Positions 30,859-40,186 of a DNA stretch of 64,000 nt are shown one piece after another (position 1 is the stretch's first letter; each line of letters opens with the position of its first letter). Location of the stretch: positions 240,366 through 304,365 of the IMG/VR virus record IMGVR_UViG_3300031857_000005, one strand, 5' to 3'. A program made the position numbers and the translations under genes. Below the pieces are notes generated by a model. That model made no database searches and was not told where the DNA came from. It saw only the letters and a list, made by a program, of their open reading frames with translations.

Positions 30859-31758
30859 ATGGATGAAAATGAATCTTTGGTTGAATTATTGGAGGATGTT
30901 TTGGGGGATCACGGATTACACTACCCAAATAGAGGACAAATATCCTTCAATTGCCCCGTATGTGACGACGATAGAAACAAATCCAACCTTGAGGTAAATT
31001 ATTTTACAAATGTTTATAAATGTTGGTCTTGTTCTGAAAGTGAGGGTACGCACGGATCTTTGGGTAAACTTTTTGATAAATACGGGAATAAAAAACATAA
31101 AAAATTATATAACATCCTTAAACCTGAAACTGTTCAGGTGAAAGAAAAGAAAAAACCTAAAGTCCAACTACCAAAAGAGTATAAGTTATTTAAGGATGTT
31201 AATCCAAGATATCCAATTAGACAACAAGCAATAAATTACCTATATAATCGGGGAATTTCCGATTATATGATTGAAAAATACCAAATTGGGTTCTGTGATA
31301 ATGGTAGTCATTCTGGTAGGATAATTATTCCATCTTATAGTGCAAAAGGAGAACTTAACTATTACATAGGTAGAAGTTGGGATCCGTATACTAAAGCTAA
31401 ATACCGAAATCCCGAAGCCGAGAAAGAAAAAATTATTTTTTGGGAAAATTTAATTGATTGGAACAAAGATATATACCTTGTTGAAGGTGCTTTTGACGGG
31501 ATTTTCTTAGAAAACTCAATACCAATGCTCGGAAAACATATGTCAGAATTATTGTTTGAATCAATATATAATAAAGCTAAAGGTGATATTATTATTTGTT
31601 TGGATGCTGATGCGTGGGTTAACGCAGTTAAACTTTATCACGAATTAAATGGTGGAGTTCTATGGGGTAGAATAAAAATTATCAAATTACCTGATGATAA
31701 GGATGTTTGTGATTTGAAGGGAGAAATAAATGATTATTATATTGAAATACGAGATTAA
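30859..31758 (+). CDS. DNA primase (zinc finger + TOPRIM)
   Basis: CPVC...CWSC zinc finger, RIIIP, YIGR, LVEGAFD and CLDADA motifs. Confidence 0.9.
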   Translation: MDENESLVELLEDVLGDHGLHYPNRGQISFNCPVCDDDRNKSNLEVNYFTNVYKCWSCSESEGTHGSLGKLFDKYGNKKHKKLYNILKPETVQVKEKKKPKVQLPKEYKLFKDVNPRYPIRQQAINYLYNRGISDYMIEKYQIGFCDNGSHSGRIIIPSYSAKGELNYYIGRSWDPYTKAKYRNPEAEKEKIIFWENLIDWNKDIYLVEGAFDGIFLENSIPMLGKHMSELLFESIYNKAKGDIIICLDADAWVNAVKLYHELNGGVLWGRIKIIKLPDDKDVCDLKGEINDYYIEIRD

Positions 31759-32615
31759 TGGATTTAAAAGAAATTGCAAAGGAGATAAGAGAGATTATTG
31801 AAAACAAACAAAAGGAACTACAATTAACTTTTGAGGAAGATAGTCACACATACACAATGATTGATTCATCGGGTAACTTGAGAAGTGATTGGCCGTCAGT
31901 ATCAAAAGTGATGAAGTTATTTTATACCGAATTTGACTCGGATGGAATTGCTGAAAAGAAGGCTAAAGGTGACCCTGAAGAAAAGGCTCGTTTATTGAAA
32001 GAATGGTCAGATGCGGGAACCTATTCTACAAATATGGGTTCTAGAGTCCACTTCTTTCTTGAACAAAAATCCTTAGAAATGTTTGGAATTGAAAAGGAGG
32101 TTAGACAACCAATATTTGATTGTGATTTCACACAAATATTAAAGGGAGATTCTATGATTCATGCGGGTACTGATTTTTTGGAATTGATGAAAGAAAGGGG
32201 AGCTGTATTATTGGATACTGAAATAGTATTAGGGTGTAATGAGATTGGATATGTTGGACAACCAGATAAATTTTGGTTAATAATGAATAGAGAAGGTACT
32301 GAATTTGGTTTAATTATTACCGATTGGAAGACAAACAAAAAGAAAAATTTTGAGGATAACATCTTTACCAAAAAAATGAAACCACCATTTCAAAGTTTGA
32401 GTGATAACGCCTTAGGGCACTACTTTACACAGTTACCGTTCTATTCAAAGTTAATATTGAAAATGTTAAAAGGTTCTAAGTATGAAAATACCAAATTATA
32501 TGGTGGTATTATTGTTCATTTGAGTGATGAAGGTAAGTTTGAAGAATTTAGAGTACCTAAAGAAGTTATCAATACTATTTTGAATATGGATATGTCAAAA
32601 TACTTGAAAAAATAA
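31758..32615 (+). CDS. PD-(D/E)XK exonuclease
   Basis: GSRVH, TE, GQPD, ITDWKT and QLPFY motifs. Confidence 0.8.
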   Translation: MDLKEIAKEIREIIENKQKELQLTFEEDSHTYTMIDSSGNLRSDWPSVSKVMKLFYTEFDSDGIAEKKAKGDPEEKARLLKEWSDAGTYSTNMGSRVHFFLEQKSLEMFGIEKEVRQPIFDCDFTQILKGDSMIHAGTDFLELMKERGAVLLDTEIVLGCNEIGYVGQPDKFWLIMNREGTEFGLIITDWKTNKKKNFEDNIFTKKMKPPFQSLSDNALGHYFTQLPFYSKLILKMLKGSKYENTKLYGGIIVHLSDEGKFEEFRVPKEVINTILNMDMSKYLKK

Positions 32616-32632
32616 ATTAATTTAATTATAAT
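32604..32632 (+). promoter_or_regulatory. Sigma70-consensus (putative middle) promoter
   Basis: TTGAAA-N17-TATAAT, 5 nt before ATG 32638. Confidence 0.55.
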
Positions 32633-32637
32633 TAAAT

Positions 32638-32730
32638 ATGGAAAATTCAGTGGAATTAATATGGGTATATACAACATCGTGGGATCACGAGTTACCATAT
32701 AAAATAAAAATTAATTATATTATAAAATGA
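32638..32730 (+). CDS. Small 30-aa protein (not in ORF track): MENSVELIWVYTTSWDHELPYKIKINYIIK
   Basis: Directly after a promoter; ATGA overlap with the 32727 gene. Confidence 0.55.
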   Translation: MENSVELIWVYTTSWDHELPYKIKINYIIK

Positions 32731-32978
32731 AAATTAGAATGACAAGATCATATGAAATGTGGGAATCATATGAACCAATTGAAATTAACCCAGAAGATTA
32801 TCCTGAATTGGAAGGAATGACAAATGAAGAAATCATTGATTATTTGAATGAAAATATGTATGAATTTGAAATTAAAGATGGTTCAGAAGGAAGTTTAGTT
32901 GATGAAATTCAGTTTGGACAAGAAATTATTAAAGATAAAATGGGTGATGAAACATTCACATTATATTTAGAAGATTAA
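32727..32978 (+). CDS. Hypothetical acidic protein
   Basis: 83-aa ORF in operon. Confidence 0.6.
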   Translation: MKIRMTRSYEMWESYEPIEINPEDYPELEGMTNEEIIDYLNENMYEFEIKDGSEGSLVDEIQFGQEIIKDKMGDETFTLYLED

Positions 32979-32982
32979 AACT

Positions 32983-33198
32983 ATGGAAGATAATATTATT
33001 AGACCTAAAATTGATTTAAAACAACAAGAAACCGTTGAGTGTGAAAAATGTAAATGTAAATTCTTTAAGGAGGTTGTTTTAATTAAAAAAGTGCCTAAAT
33101 TAATGACAGGAAGTTCGGAAGATACATTAGTACCATTCCCAACATATATGTGTAATGATTGTGGTCATGTGAATATTGATTTTAAATTGTTTGATTAA
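32983..33198 (+). CDS. Zinc-ribbon protein
   Basis: CEKC...CNDCGH. Confidence 0.7.
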   Translation: MEDNIIRPKIDLKQQETVECEKCKCKFFKEVVLIKKVPKLMTGSSEDTLVPFPTYMCNDCGHVNIDFKLFD

Positions 33199-33199
33199 A

Positions 33200-33430
33200 A
33201 TGACACATAGAGAATTTTATATTTGGTTAGAAGGTTATCTTGCTGGTAAACTTGAAAATAAACATATAGATATTACACCTATTGTTGAAAAAATGGGTGA
33301 AGTTATTAGTGATGAACAAAAGTGGATTGATGACTTCAAAAGATATAGAGATATTAATCCATTACCAATAAAACCGAATCCGTATAACCCACCGTATGAA
33401 ATTTATTGCGGTACAAAAGACACAGAATGA
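33200..33430 (+). CDS. Hypothetical protein
   Basis: ATG at 33200 (MTHREFYIWLEGY); ATGA-coupled to the next gene. Confidence 0.65.
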   Translation: MTHREFYIWLEGYLAGKLENKHIDITPIVEKMGEVISDEQKWIDDFKRYRDINPLPIKPNPYNPPYEIYCGTKDTE

Positions 33431-34206
33431 TAAAAAAAATAATACACTTTTCTGATTTACACATTCGTCTTTATAAAGATCATGATTTGTATAAGTCAAT
33501 AATGGAAGATGCGATTAACCAATGGAGAGAAATCAATCCTGATAGAATTGTATTCACTGGTGATTTGGTTCACTCTAAAAATCAAATGACTCCCGAACTT
33601 ATTGAAATGGTTCGGTGGTTGCTTTTGGAATGTTCATTTATTGCACCAACAATCATTATACCTGGTAATCACGATTTCCTTGTAAACAATGTTGAAAGAT
33701 TAGACGCACTTACACCAATCATTAATTCGTTAAATAATAAAAACATTTTCTATTATAGAGATAGAGGTGTGTATGAAGATGAGAATATTAGTTGGTGTGT
33801 GTACTCGCAATATCAAGGGAATATTCCTCCTGATTTGAATGTTGCAACAGGAATAAAAGTGGGATTGTTTCACGGACCAATTCAAGGAATGAAAACCGAT
33901 TTGGGATTTGACTTTGGAGAGGAGGCGTATGATGTTGAAAAGTTCAATGGACTTGATGTTGTATTATGTGGTGATATCCATAAAAGACAAGAATTTAACT
34001 TTAAAACGGGTAAAGGTTATATGATAGGTAGCCCAATACAACAAAATATTGGTGAAAGTATTGGTAGACATGGATATGGAGTTTATAATTTAGAAACAAA
34101 AGAATATAACTATACGGACTTATTCAACCCCAAGCCATTTTTAAAGTTTGAAATTAAATCATTTGAGGATATTGAAAATGGAACCGAATTACTCAAAAAT
34201 CTTTAA
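33427..34206 (+). CDS. Mre11/SbcD/gp47-like metallophosphoesterase nuclease
   Basis: SDLH, TGDLVH, PGNHD, FHG and GDIH motifs; start set by ATGA overlap. Confidence 0.9.
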   Translation: MIKKIIHFSDLHIRLYKDHDLYKSIMEDAINQWREINPDRIVFTGDLVHSKNQMTPELIEMVRWLLLECSFIAPTIIIPGNHDFLVNNVERLDALTPIINSLNNKNIFYYRDRGVYEDENISWCVYSQYQGNIPPDLNVATGIKVGLFHGPIQGMKTDLGFDFGEEAYDVEKFNGLDVVLCGDIHKRQEFNFKTGKGYMIGSPIQQNIGESIGRHGYGVYNLETKEYNYTDLFNPKPFLKFEIKSFEDIENGTELLKNL

Positions 34207-34945
34207 TAAAAAAACAATGCAGACAGTGTCTGCATTTTGTGAATTAAACAAAATTGACGATATAGATAAATTCATCAAAAAATGTTTTACTGATGGATTT
34301 AATATTGAAAAATACGGACTTTTGGGAGAAACACTTAATGAAGGTGAAAAAGACTTAAAAACGGATGTTGTTGAGGAAAAACAATTAATAAAAGAAGTGA
34401 TTGTTGAAAAACGGGTGGAAGTTCCTATTGAGGTTATCAAAGAGGTGGAGAAAATAGTTGAGGTGGTTAGAGAAGTACCCATTGAAATTATTAAGGAAGT
34501 CCCTGTTGAAAAAGTTGTCACAAAAATAGAATATATTAGTGACAAGTCTAGTGAGAACGAATTAACGGAAAAAATTTTCCACTTAAATGAGGAATTAGAA
34601 AAAGAAAGACAAAAATTTTCCACTAAAACCGAAGAAATGGAAAATTTTTTCCAAAATGAAATGTCTAAAAAGGATGAAGAATTAGACGAACTTAGACATA
34701 ATTTAGACGAACTTTTAGACAAACCTCCTGTTGAAATTATCAAGGAGGTAGAGGTAATTAAAGAAGTTGAAAATAATGAAAAGTTAAAAATGATGGGAGA
34801 AACTTTACAGAAACTTAGAAAAGAACTATCATTAAAAGACAAAAAAATTGAAGAATTAGAAGAAATAAATAAACAATTAGAATCTATGAAGGTAAGCCAA
34901 GGTGCTGTATACCTCAAAGGTTCAAACTTAACACGAAGATTATGA
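34178..34945 (+). CDS. Coiled-coil protein with VEVPIEVIKEV repeats
   Basis: Repeated E(V/I)IKEV / VPVEKVV units followed by a coiled coil. Confidence 0.7.
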   Translation: MEPNYSKIFNKKTMQTVSAFCELNKIDDIDKFIKKCFTDGFNIEKYGLLGETLNEGEKDLKTDVVEEKQLIKEVIVEKRVEVPIEVIKEVEKIVEVVREVPIEIIKEVPVEKVVTKIEYISDKSSENELTEKIFHLNEELEKERQKFSTKTEEMENFFQNEMSKKDEELDELRHNLDELLDKPPVEIIKEVEVIKEVENNEKLKMMGETLQKLRKELSLKDKKIEELEEINKQLESMKVSQGAVYLKGSNLTRRL

Positions 34946-35295
34946 TGATATTAATTTGGTTATTAGCGGCATATGGAATGTCAAATATATTGGTTTACGG
35001 ATCAATATTTCAAGGAATAAGAGATTGGTTTAAAAACACAGGTAATAGTGGAATACCAGTAATAAGTGACTTCTTTAAGTTCATATCTGATTTAGTGTCC
35101 TGCATGATGTGTACATCAACTTGGGTAGGATTTTTTATGTCATTGGTTGCGTATTCACCTTGGCATGAAATTATAGGATTAAATCAGTACGCATCTATAT
35201 TTTTTGATGGTATGTTAGCATCAGGATTTGTATGGGCGTTTAATGGTATAGTAGAATGGTTTGAAGAAAATCGACCTAATAATAATGTTTTATAA
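34942..35295 (+). CDS. Membrane protein with CxxC (DUF1360-like)
   Basis: Hydrophobic helices; IFQGIRDW and LVSCMMCTSTWVG. Confidence 0.65.
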   Translation: MMILIWLLAAYGMSNILVYGSIFQGIRDWFKNTGNSGIPVISDFFKFISDLVSCMMCTSTWVGFFMSLVAYSPWHEIIGLNQYASIFFDGMLASGFVWAFNGIVEWFEENRPNNNVL

Positions 35296-35305
35296 ATAAG
35301 TAAAA

Positions 35306-35584
35306 ATGGGAAAAGCAAAGAAAGAACACAGAGCGAAAGTGGTAAAAAGAAATCAGAGAATTGCCGAAGAGAAAGGTAAAATGCAAAGAGCATTTAATAA
35401 ACTTCTTCAAGAACAAATGGAAAAATTCCAAGAAAACGAGGAGTTGAATGTTCAAGTGGGTGATCAACCTGTTCAGTTTAGTGTGGTTGATCCTAATGAG
35501 GTAGAAAACACCATAGACATTGAAACTGTTGGTGAAGGAACCCTTATTAAAGAAACTACCACATTTGAAGACGAAGAACAATAA
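35306..35584 (+). CDS. Hypothetical protein (basic N-terminus, acidic C-terminus)
   Basis: 92-aa ORF in operon. Confidence 0.65.
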   Translation: MGKAKKEHRAKVVKRNQRIAEEKGKMQRAFNKLLQEQMEKFQENEELNVQVGDQPVQFSVVDPNEVENTIDIETVGEGTLIKETTTFEDEEQ

Positions 35585-35587
35585 TAA

Positions 35588-37963
35588 ATGGATCTGTTTA
35601 ATCCACCAAAAACATTTAATTATAAAATTATGATAAAAGATTTAGAGTTTTCTAAATTTGAAAACCCACCTATTCAAGTAGTATGGGAAGACATTTCAGA
35701 GAATTTCACACAAGATAAGATTAAGAGTGTTAAACATTACTTCCAAAAGAAGTACGGTTCCACTAATGTGAATGTTATCACAAAAGTTAAAAACATTCAG
35801 GAAGATACTATGCAAAGTGTTGATGTGTCTGTAAACATTATGGACACAAATTATCAAACTGATTTGTTGAAACAATTTCTTAAGTCTAAGGGGTATGAAA
35901 ATCGTATTGATGAGGTTATGTCAATCAATAGAATGGTTGAGAATAAAATGTCTGAATCAGAAGATGAAACCTCATCATTTAAGAAATGGTATATCAAAAA
36001 TATTGAATTCTCTAATTTCTTATCATATGGTGATAATCAGCGTATTGATTTTGATAAATGTAATGGTATTACAGTAGTTGAATCTAATCCACCTAACTTT
36101 GGTGGTAAGACAGTATTATCGGTGGATTTATTAATGTTCCTATTCTTTAATGAGACAACAAAAACATCAAAGGCGGAAGAAATCTTTAATCGATTTACCG
36201 ATAAAAACTCGGTAGTTGTAAAGGGTGAAATTATTATTGATGGTGAAGAATATATTATTGTTAGAAACATCGAAAGAAAAATGTCTAAGAAAGGTGAATG
36301 GAATGTTAAAACCGAATTAGACTTCTTCAAAAAACTTTCCGACGGTAGTTTACAAAACTTTACTGGTGAACAAAGACGAGAAACCGAACAATTCATTAAA
36401 ACATCAATCGGTTCTAAAGATGATTTCTTAATGACAATTTTAACCACCGCAACAAATCTTGAGGACCTTTTGGAATCAAAACCAACGGCAAGAGGACAGG
36501 TACTCTCAAGGTTTATGGGGTTGGAGTTTTTAAAGAAAAAAGAAGAATCTGCAAAACAAATTTATTCTGATTTTTCTAAATCAATGTTATCTAATGTTTA
36601 TAATACTGAGCAATTAAAAAGTGATAATGAACAATATGAAACTGATATTGAAAATTTTAAAACTAGTATTGATACATTGAAAGACGAACTTAATCAAGTT
36701 GAAGTAAACTTAACAAAGGGTAAGGATTATCGTGACGATATGTTAAAAAAGAAACATACTGATATAGATAATGATATTGCTCAAACAAACCCTGATAAGG
36801 TACAAGATGAGATTAACTCATTTGAGTATCAAAAAGGTGACATCATTAAGAAGTCAAATGAATTACAGGTAGTTGAACCATCTTCTTTTTATTATGAGGA
36901 TCAACACGATAAGGTTAAAGAAGAATATAACGAAGTATTCAAGGAAAAAATCCAAGTTGAGAGTAAGATTAAATCAATTGAGGAATTAAAGAGTTCCGTT
37001 GATGGTGGAATTAAATGCGAACACTGTGGTATTGATTTAATGATGGCATCAATCACCCAATCTAAAATTGCCGAACTTGATGGTTATAATAGGCAAAAAG
37101 AGGAAAAAGAGGGGTTAATGACGGTTTTATCAGGCAAAGAACAGGCATTTGTACAACTTAAAAAAGAGTTTGATGAGTATGAGAAAAACAAACTTATTAA
37201 AGAAAAATATGATTTGAGTATTGAGAGTTATAATCTTAAAATTGAAAATTTAAAACAAAAATTAGGAAGGTATAACGAATTGATTGAAAAAATTAAGGAA
37301 AATGAGAAGATTGAGGGTATGTTGTTAAAAGCAGGTATTAGAATTGAGGAACTTGAAAGAGAAAAGACTCAAAAACAAACACTAATCAATAATAATACTT
37401 ACCAAATCACCTCGTTGGAAGATAAGATTAAAAATAATTTAAATACAATAATCAAAATTCAGGAGGAATCTGAAAAAGAAAAATTATATAAAATATATTT
37501 GGAGGCGTTCGGTAAAAATGGGATATCTAAAATCATAATGAAAACTATGATGCCGATAATAAACTCAGAACTTCAAAGACTAATGGAGGATAGTTCATAC
37601 TTCAAACTTGAAGTTAGAATTAACGATAAGAATGAAGTTGAGTTTATGATGATTGACAACGGTACTGGTGTTGAGAAATTAATGACATCAGGTTCAGGTT
37701 ATGAAAAAACAATTGCATCATTGGCATTGAGATCAGTATTAAGTAAGATTTGTTCGTTACCAAAACCAAATATAATTGTCTTTGATGAGGTGTTCGGAAA
37801 AATATCTAACGACAATTTGGAAATGGTTTCAGAATTCTTTATTAAAATTAAAGAATATTTTGAGAAAATATTTGTCATTACACACAACCCAATGGTTAAT
37901 CAGTGGGCGGACACCATCGTTAAGATTAGAAAAGAAGATAATATTTCAAAGGTATATCAATAA
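35588..37963 (+). CDS. Rad50/SbcC/gp46-like ATPase with an N-terminal extension
   Basis: Walker A NFGGKT, zinc hook CEHC, signature SGYEK, Walker B IVFDE, H-loop ITH. Confidence 0.92.
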   Translation: MDLFNPPKTFNYKIMIKDLEFSKFENPPIQVVWEDISENFTQDKIKSVKHYFQKKYGSTNVNVITKVKNIQEDTMQSVDVSVNIMDTNYQTDLLKQFLKSKGYENRIDEVMSINRMVENKMSESEDETSSFKKWYIKNIEFSNFLSYGDNQRIDFDKCNGITVVESNPPNFGGKTVLSVDLLMFLFFNETTKTSKAEEIFNRFTDKNSVVVKGEIIIDGEEYIIVRNIERKMSKKGEWNVKTELDFFKKLSDGSLQNFTGEQRRETEQFIKTSIGSKDDFLMTILTTATNLEDLLESKPTARGQVLSRFMGLEFLKKKEESAKQIYSDFSKSMLSNVYNTEQLKSDNEQYETDIENFKTSIDTLKDELNQVEVNLTKGKDYRDDMLKKKHTDIDNDIAQTNPDKVQDEINSFEYQKGDIIKKSNELQVVEPSSFYYEDQHDKVKEEYNEVFKEKIQVESKIKSIEELKSSVDGGIKCEHCGIDLMMASITQSKIAELDGYNRQKEEKEGLMTVLSGKEQAFVQLKKEFDEYEKNKLIKEKYDLSIESYNLKIENLKQKLGRYNELIEKIKENEKIEGMLLKAGIRIEELEREKTQKQTLINNNTYQITSLEDKIKNNLNTIIKIQEESEKEKLYKIYLEAFGKNGISKIIMKTMMPIINSELQRLMEDSSYFKLEVRINDKNEVEFMMIDNGTGVEKLMTSGSGYEKTIASLALRSVLSKICSLPKPNIIVFDEVFGKISNDNLEMVSEFFIKIKEYFEKIFVITHNPMVNQWADTIVKIRKEDNISKVYQ

Positions 37964-37968
37964 GATAG

Positions 37969-37997
37969 ATGACTAAGTGGATTTTTATTCTTATATT
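37969..37997 (+). promoter_or_regulatory. Sigma70-consensus promoter for the candidate R-M pair
   Basis: ATGACT-N17-TATATT. Confidence 0.45.
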
Positions 37998-38015
37998 TAG
38001 GTAAATAAGTTTAAA

Positions 38016-38705
38016 ATGAGAGATAAGAAAATTTTGGTTAGGGATTTAGTTATTCATTTAAAAAAATTAAAGTTTGCAAAATATTTAGTTGAGTATATTG
38101 ATAACGAAATTCCTTTAACCATATTCCCTATTGCGAATAGGGAGGGGTTGACAATTAATGAATGGGTGAAAGATGTTGAAGATGATGTAAGACAACACAC
38201 AGTTTTGACTACAACCAGATTATCATATGATGGTGTTAAATCATTTTTAGTTTACAAATTAAATACAATTCTCTCAACCTATAACGACGCAAATATTAAA
38301 GTACTTAAAATTACTGAGATTGTTAATACTGAAGAAATTGAGGGTAAATCTTTTGACGCTATATTTGAGTTTAACGGTGAAATTATTATAATTGAAATTA
38401 AAGTAACCCAAAGCGATACCGCATTTACAGGTGCAACACATACAACATCAAAAGCGGATATTTTTTTATTAATATCATTATCAATTAATCGTGATAAAAA
38501 AGTTAAGGAAAGTGAAAAATATGTTGATGGTATTTTCGGTATGTTAATTAACTTGGATAAAGATTTTTGGAAAGGTGAGGCTAAAAATAATAGTAGTTTT
38601 ACTACACTTAAATTTTTATCAAATATTGACTATAGTGAAAATATTTTTTGTGGTAGTCTTAAAAACAATAAAGTATACCAAAAACTAATTTTTGAAAAAA
38701 TATGA
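38016..38705 (+). CDS. Putative PD-(D/E)XK restriction-type endonuclease
   Basis: SFDAIFEFNGEIIIIEIKVT (D...ExK); ATGA-coupled to a DNA MTase. Confidence 0.55.
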   Translation: MRDKKILVRDLVIHLKKLKFAKYLVEYIDNEIPLTIFPIANREGLTINEWVKDVEDDVRQHTVLTTTRLSYDGVKSFLVYKLNTILSTYNDANIKVLKITEIVNTEEIEGKSFDAIFEFNGEIIIIEIKVTQSDTAFTGATHTTSKADIFLLISLSINRDKKVKESEKYVDGIFGMLINLDKDFWKGEAKNNSSFTTLKFLSNIDYSENIFCGSLKNNKVYQKLIFEKI

Positions 38706-39613
38706 ATGAAGTAATTTTAGGTAATGCGATTGAAGTATTACAAAGATATGAGGATAATACATTTGATTTAACTGTAACATCACCACCGTATGATAACTTA
38801 AGAACTTATAATGGAAAAATTAAGGATGAGGTTGTCTTTGAAGATGGATTTAGTTTCCCATTTGTGGAAATGGCTCGTGAGTTATATAGAGTAACCAAGA
38901 AGGGTGGTGTTGTTATTTGGGTGGTAAATGATCAAGTAAAAAATGGTGGAGAAACTGGTAGTTCATTCAGACAAGCACTTAAATTTAAGGAGATTGGATT
39001 TACATTGTACGATACGATGATTTATCATAAGAATGGAGCCCCATTTCCTGAAACAGGTAGATACTCACAAGTATTTGAATATATGTTCGTCCTTTCAAAA
39101 GGGAAACCAAAAACGGTTAATCTATTAAAAGATAAACCAAATAGATGGGCGGGACATAGTAATTTTGGTGATCCATCAAAAAGAGAAAAAGACGGAAACC
39201 TTAAAAAGGTTGACAAGTTTGTTGTATCTGAATTCGGTACAAGGTATAATGTATGGTATGTTAATAATGGTAAAGGGTTCTCATCCAAAGACGACATTGC
39301 ATTCCAACATCCTGCAATATTTCCGGAATCATTGGCTGAGGATCATATTCTATCTTGGAGTAATGAAGGTGATATAGTATTAGATCCTATGTGTGGTAGT
39401 GGAACGACATTGAAGATGGCGAAACTTAATAACAGGAATTATTTGGGTATTGACATCAATGAAGAATATGTCGATTTATCAAATCTAAGAATACAAAATA
39501 TTGAACCATACACTAATGAAACACCTAATCCAAAGGTTAAATTCCTTTTATCTAAAGAAGATGCTTTATTGAAAAGAAAAAATAATAAAGAATCTAAAAA
39601 TTTGTTGGATTAA
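38702..39613 (+). CDS. DNA methyltransferase, N4/N6 family beta class (SPPY, probably N4-cytosine)
   Basis: TSPPY, then HPAIFP and VLDPMCGSGTT. Confidence 0.92.
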   Translation: MNEVILGNAIEVLQRYEDNTFDLTVTSPPYDNLRTYNGKIKDEVVFEDGFSFPFVEMARELYRVTKKGGVVIWVVNDQVKNGGETGSSFRQALKFKEIGFTLYDTMIYHKNGAPFPETGRYSQVFEYMFVLSKGKPKTVNLLKDKPNRWAGHSNFGDPSKREKDGNLKKVDKFVVSEFGTRYNVWYVNNGKGFSSKDDIAFQHPAIFPESLAEDHILSWSNEGDIVLDPMCGSGTTLKMAKLNNRNYLGIDINEEYVDLSNLRIQNIEPYTNETPNPKVKFLLSKEDALLKRKNNKESKNLLD

Positions 39614-39631
39614 TAATTATTTGTATATTTG
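39601..39631 (+). promoter_or_regulatory. Bacteroidota-type (host sigma, early) promoter
   Basis: TTTG-N19-TATATTTG upstream of 39645 and the sigma gene. Confidence 0.7.
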
Positions 39632-39644
39632 TAAAAAAAACAAT

Positions 39645-40181
39645 ATGAGATATCTAATGTTTGTGTACGGTGAAAGTGAAACTATGGATAGTGAAGCCTT
39701 AACCACTAAAATTGGTAAAGAAATCCAACCCATTGTAATTTCAGAACAGATAAAATACATTTATGGTGATGGTAACGCAATTTTTCATTTTGAATCTGAG
39801 TTAAAATATGAAGAAATGTCTATGTATGTTGAGATGGTTTTTGAAGAATTAGAAGACATTATGTTTACCTTAATACCATTTAATGGTAAGATGGCAACAA
39901 ATATGGGTAAGGATAGAAAAAATCACCTATTGTCTATTGATGAGGAGGATAAGATTGAGATTAATACTTTCACTGTTAGTTCTGAAGATATTAGTAATGA
40001 TGGTGCGATTTTTGATATGTTTATGGATATGATTAATCAAGGTAGTCCATTTATTATCAATAAAACAAATGAAGATGTGTGTAATATGTCATTGGACGAA
40101 CTTTTAGATAAAATCAATGACAAGGGAATAAATTCACTCACAAAGGCGGAGAAATTAAAATTGGAACAATACTCAAAATAA
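39645..40181 (+). CDS. Hypothetical protein with a C-terminal DUF6576-like motif
   Basis: LDELLDKINDKGINSLTKAEK; ATG start at 39645. Confidence 0.6.
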   Translation: MRYLMFVYGESETMDSEALTTKIGKEIQPIVISEQIKYIYGDGNAIFHFESELKYEEMSMYVEMVFEELEDIMFTLIPFNGKMATNMGKDRKNHLLSIDEEDKIEINTFTVSSEDISNDGAIFDMFMDMINQGSPFIINKTNEDVCNMSLDELLDKINDKGINSLTKAEKLKLEQYSK

Positions 40182-40186
40182 AATAT

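Noticed and set aside
31758-32615. Cas4 / CRISPR adaptation gene
   Set aside because: Lacks the four-Cys Fe-S cluster pattern, and the replication context fits an ordinary phage exonuclease.
34189-34917. 242-aa minus-strand ORF and other antisense or alternate-frame ORFs in the track (e.g. 36037, 42398, 47098, 53969, 63644)
   Set aside because: These are shadows of Glu/Lys-rich or repetitive sense genes (Ser/Phe/Leu-rich), with no promoter or motif support.
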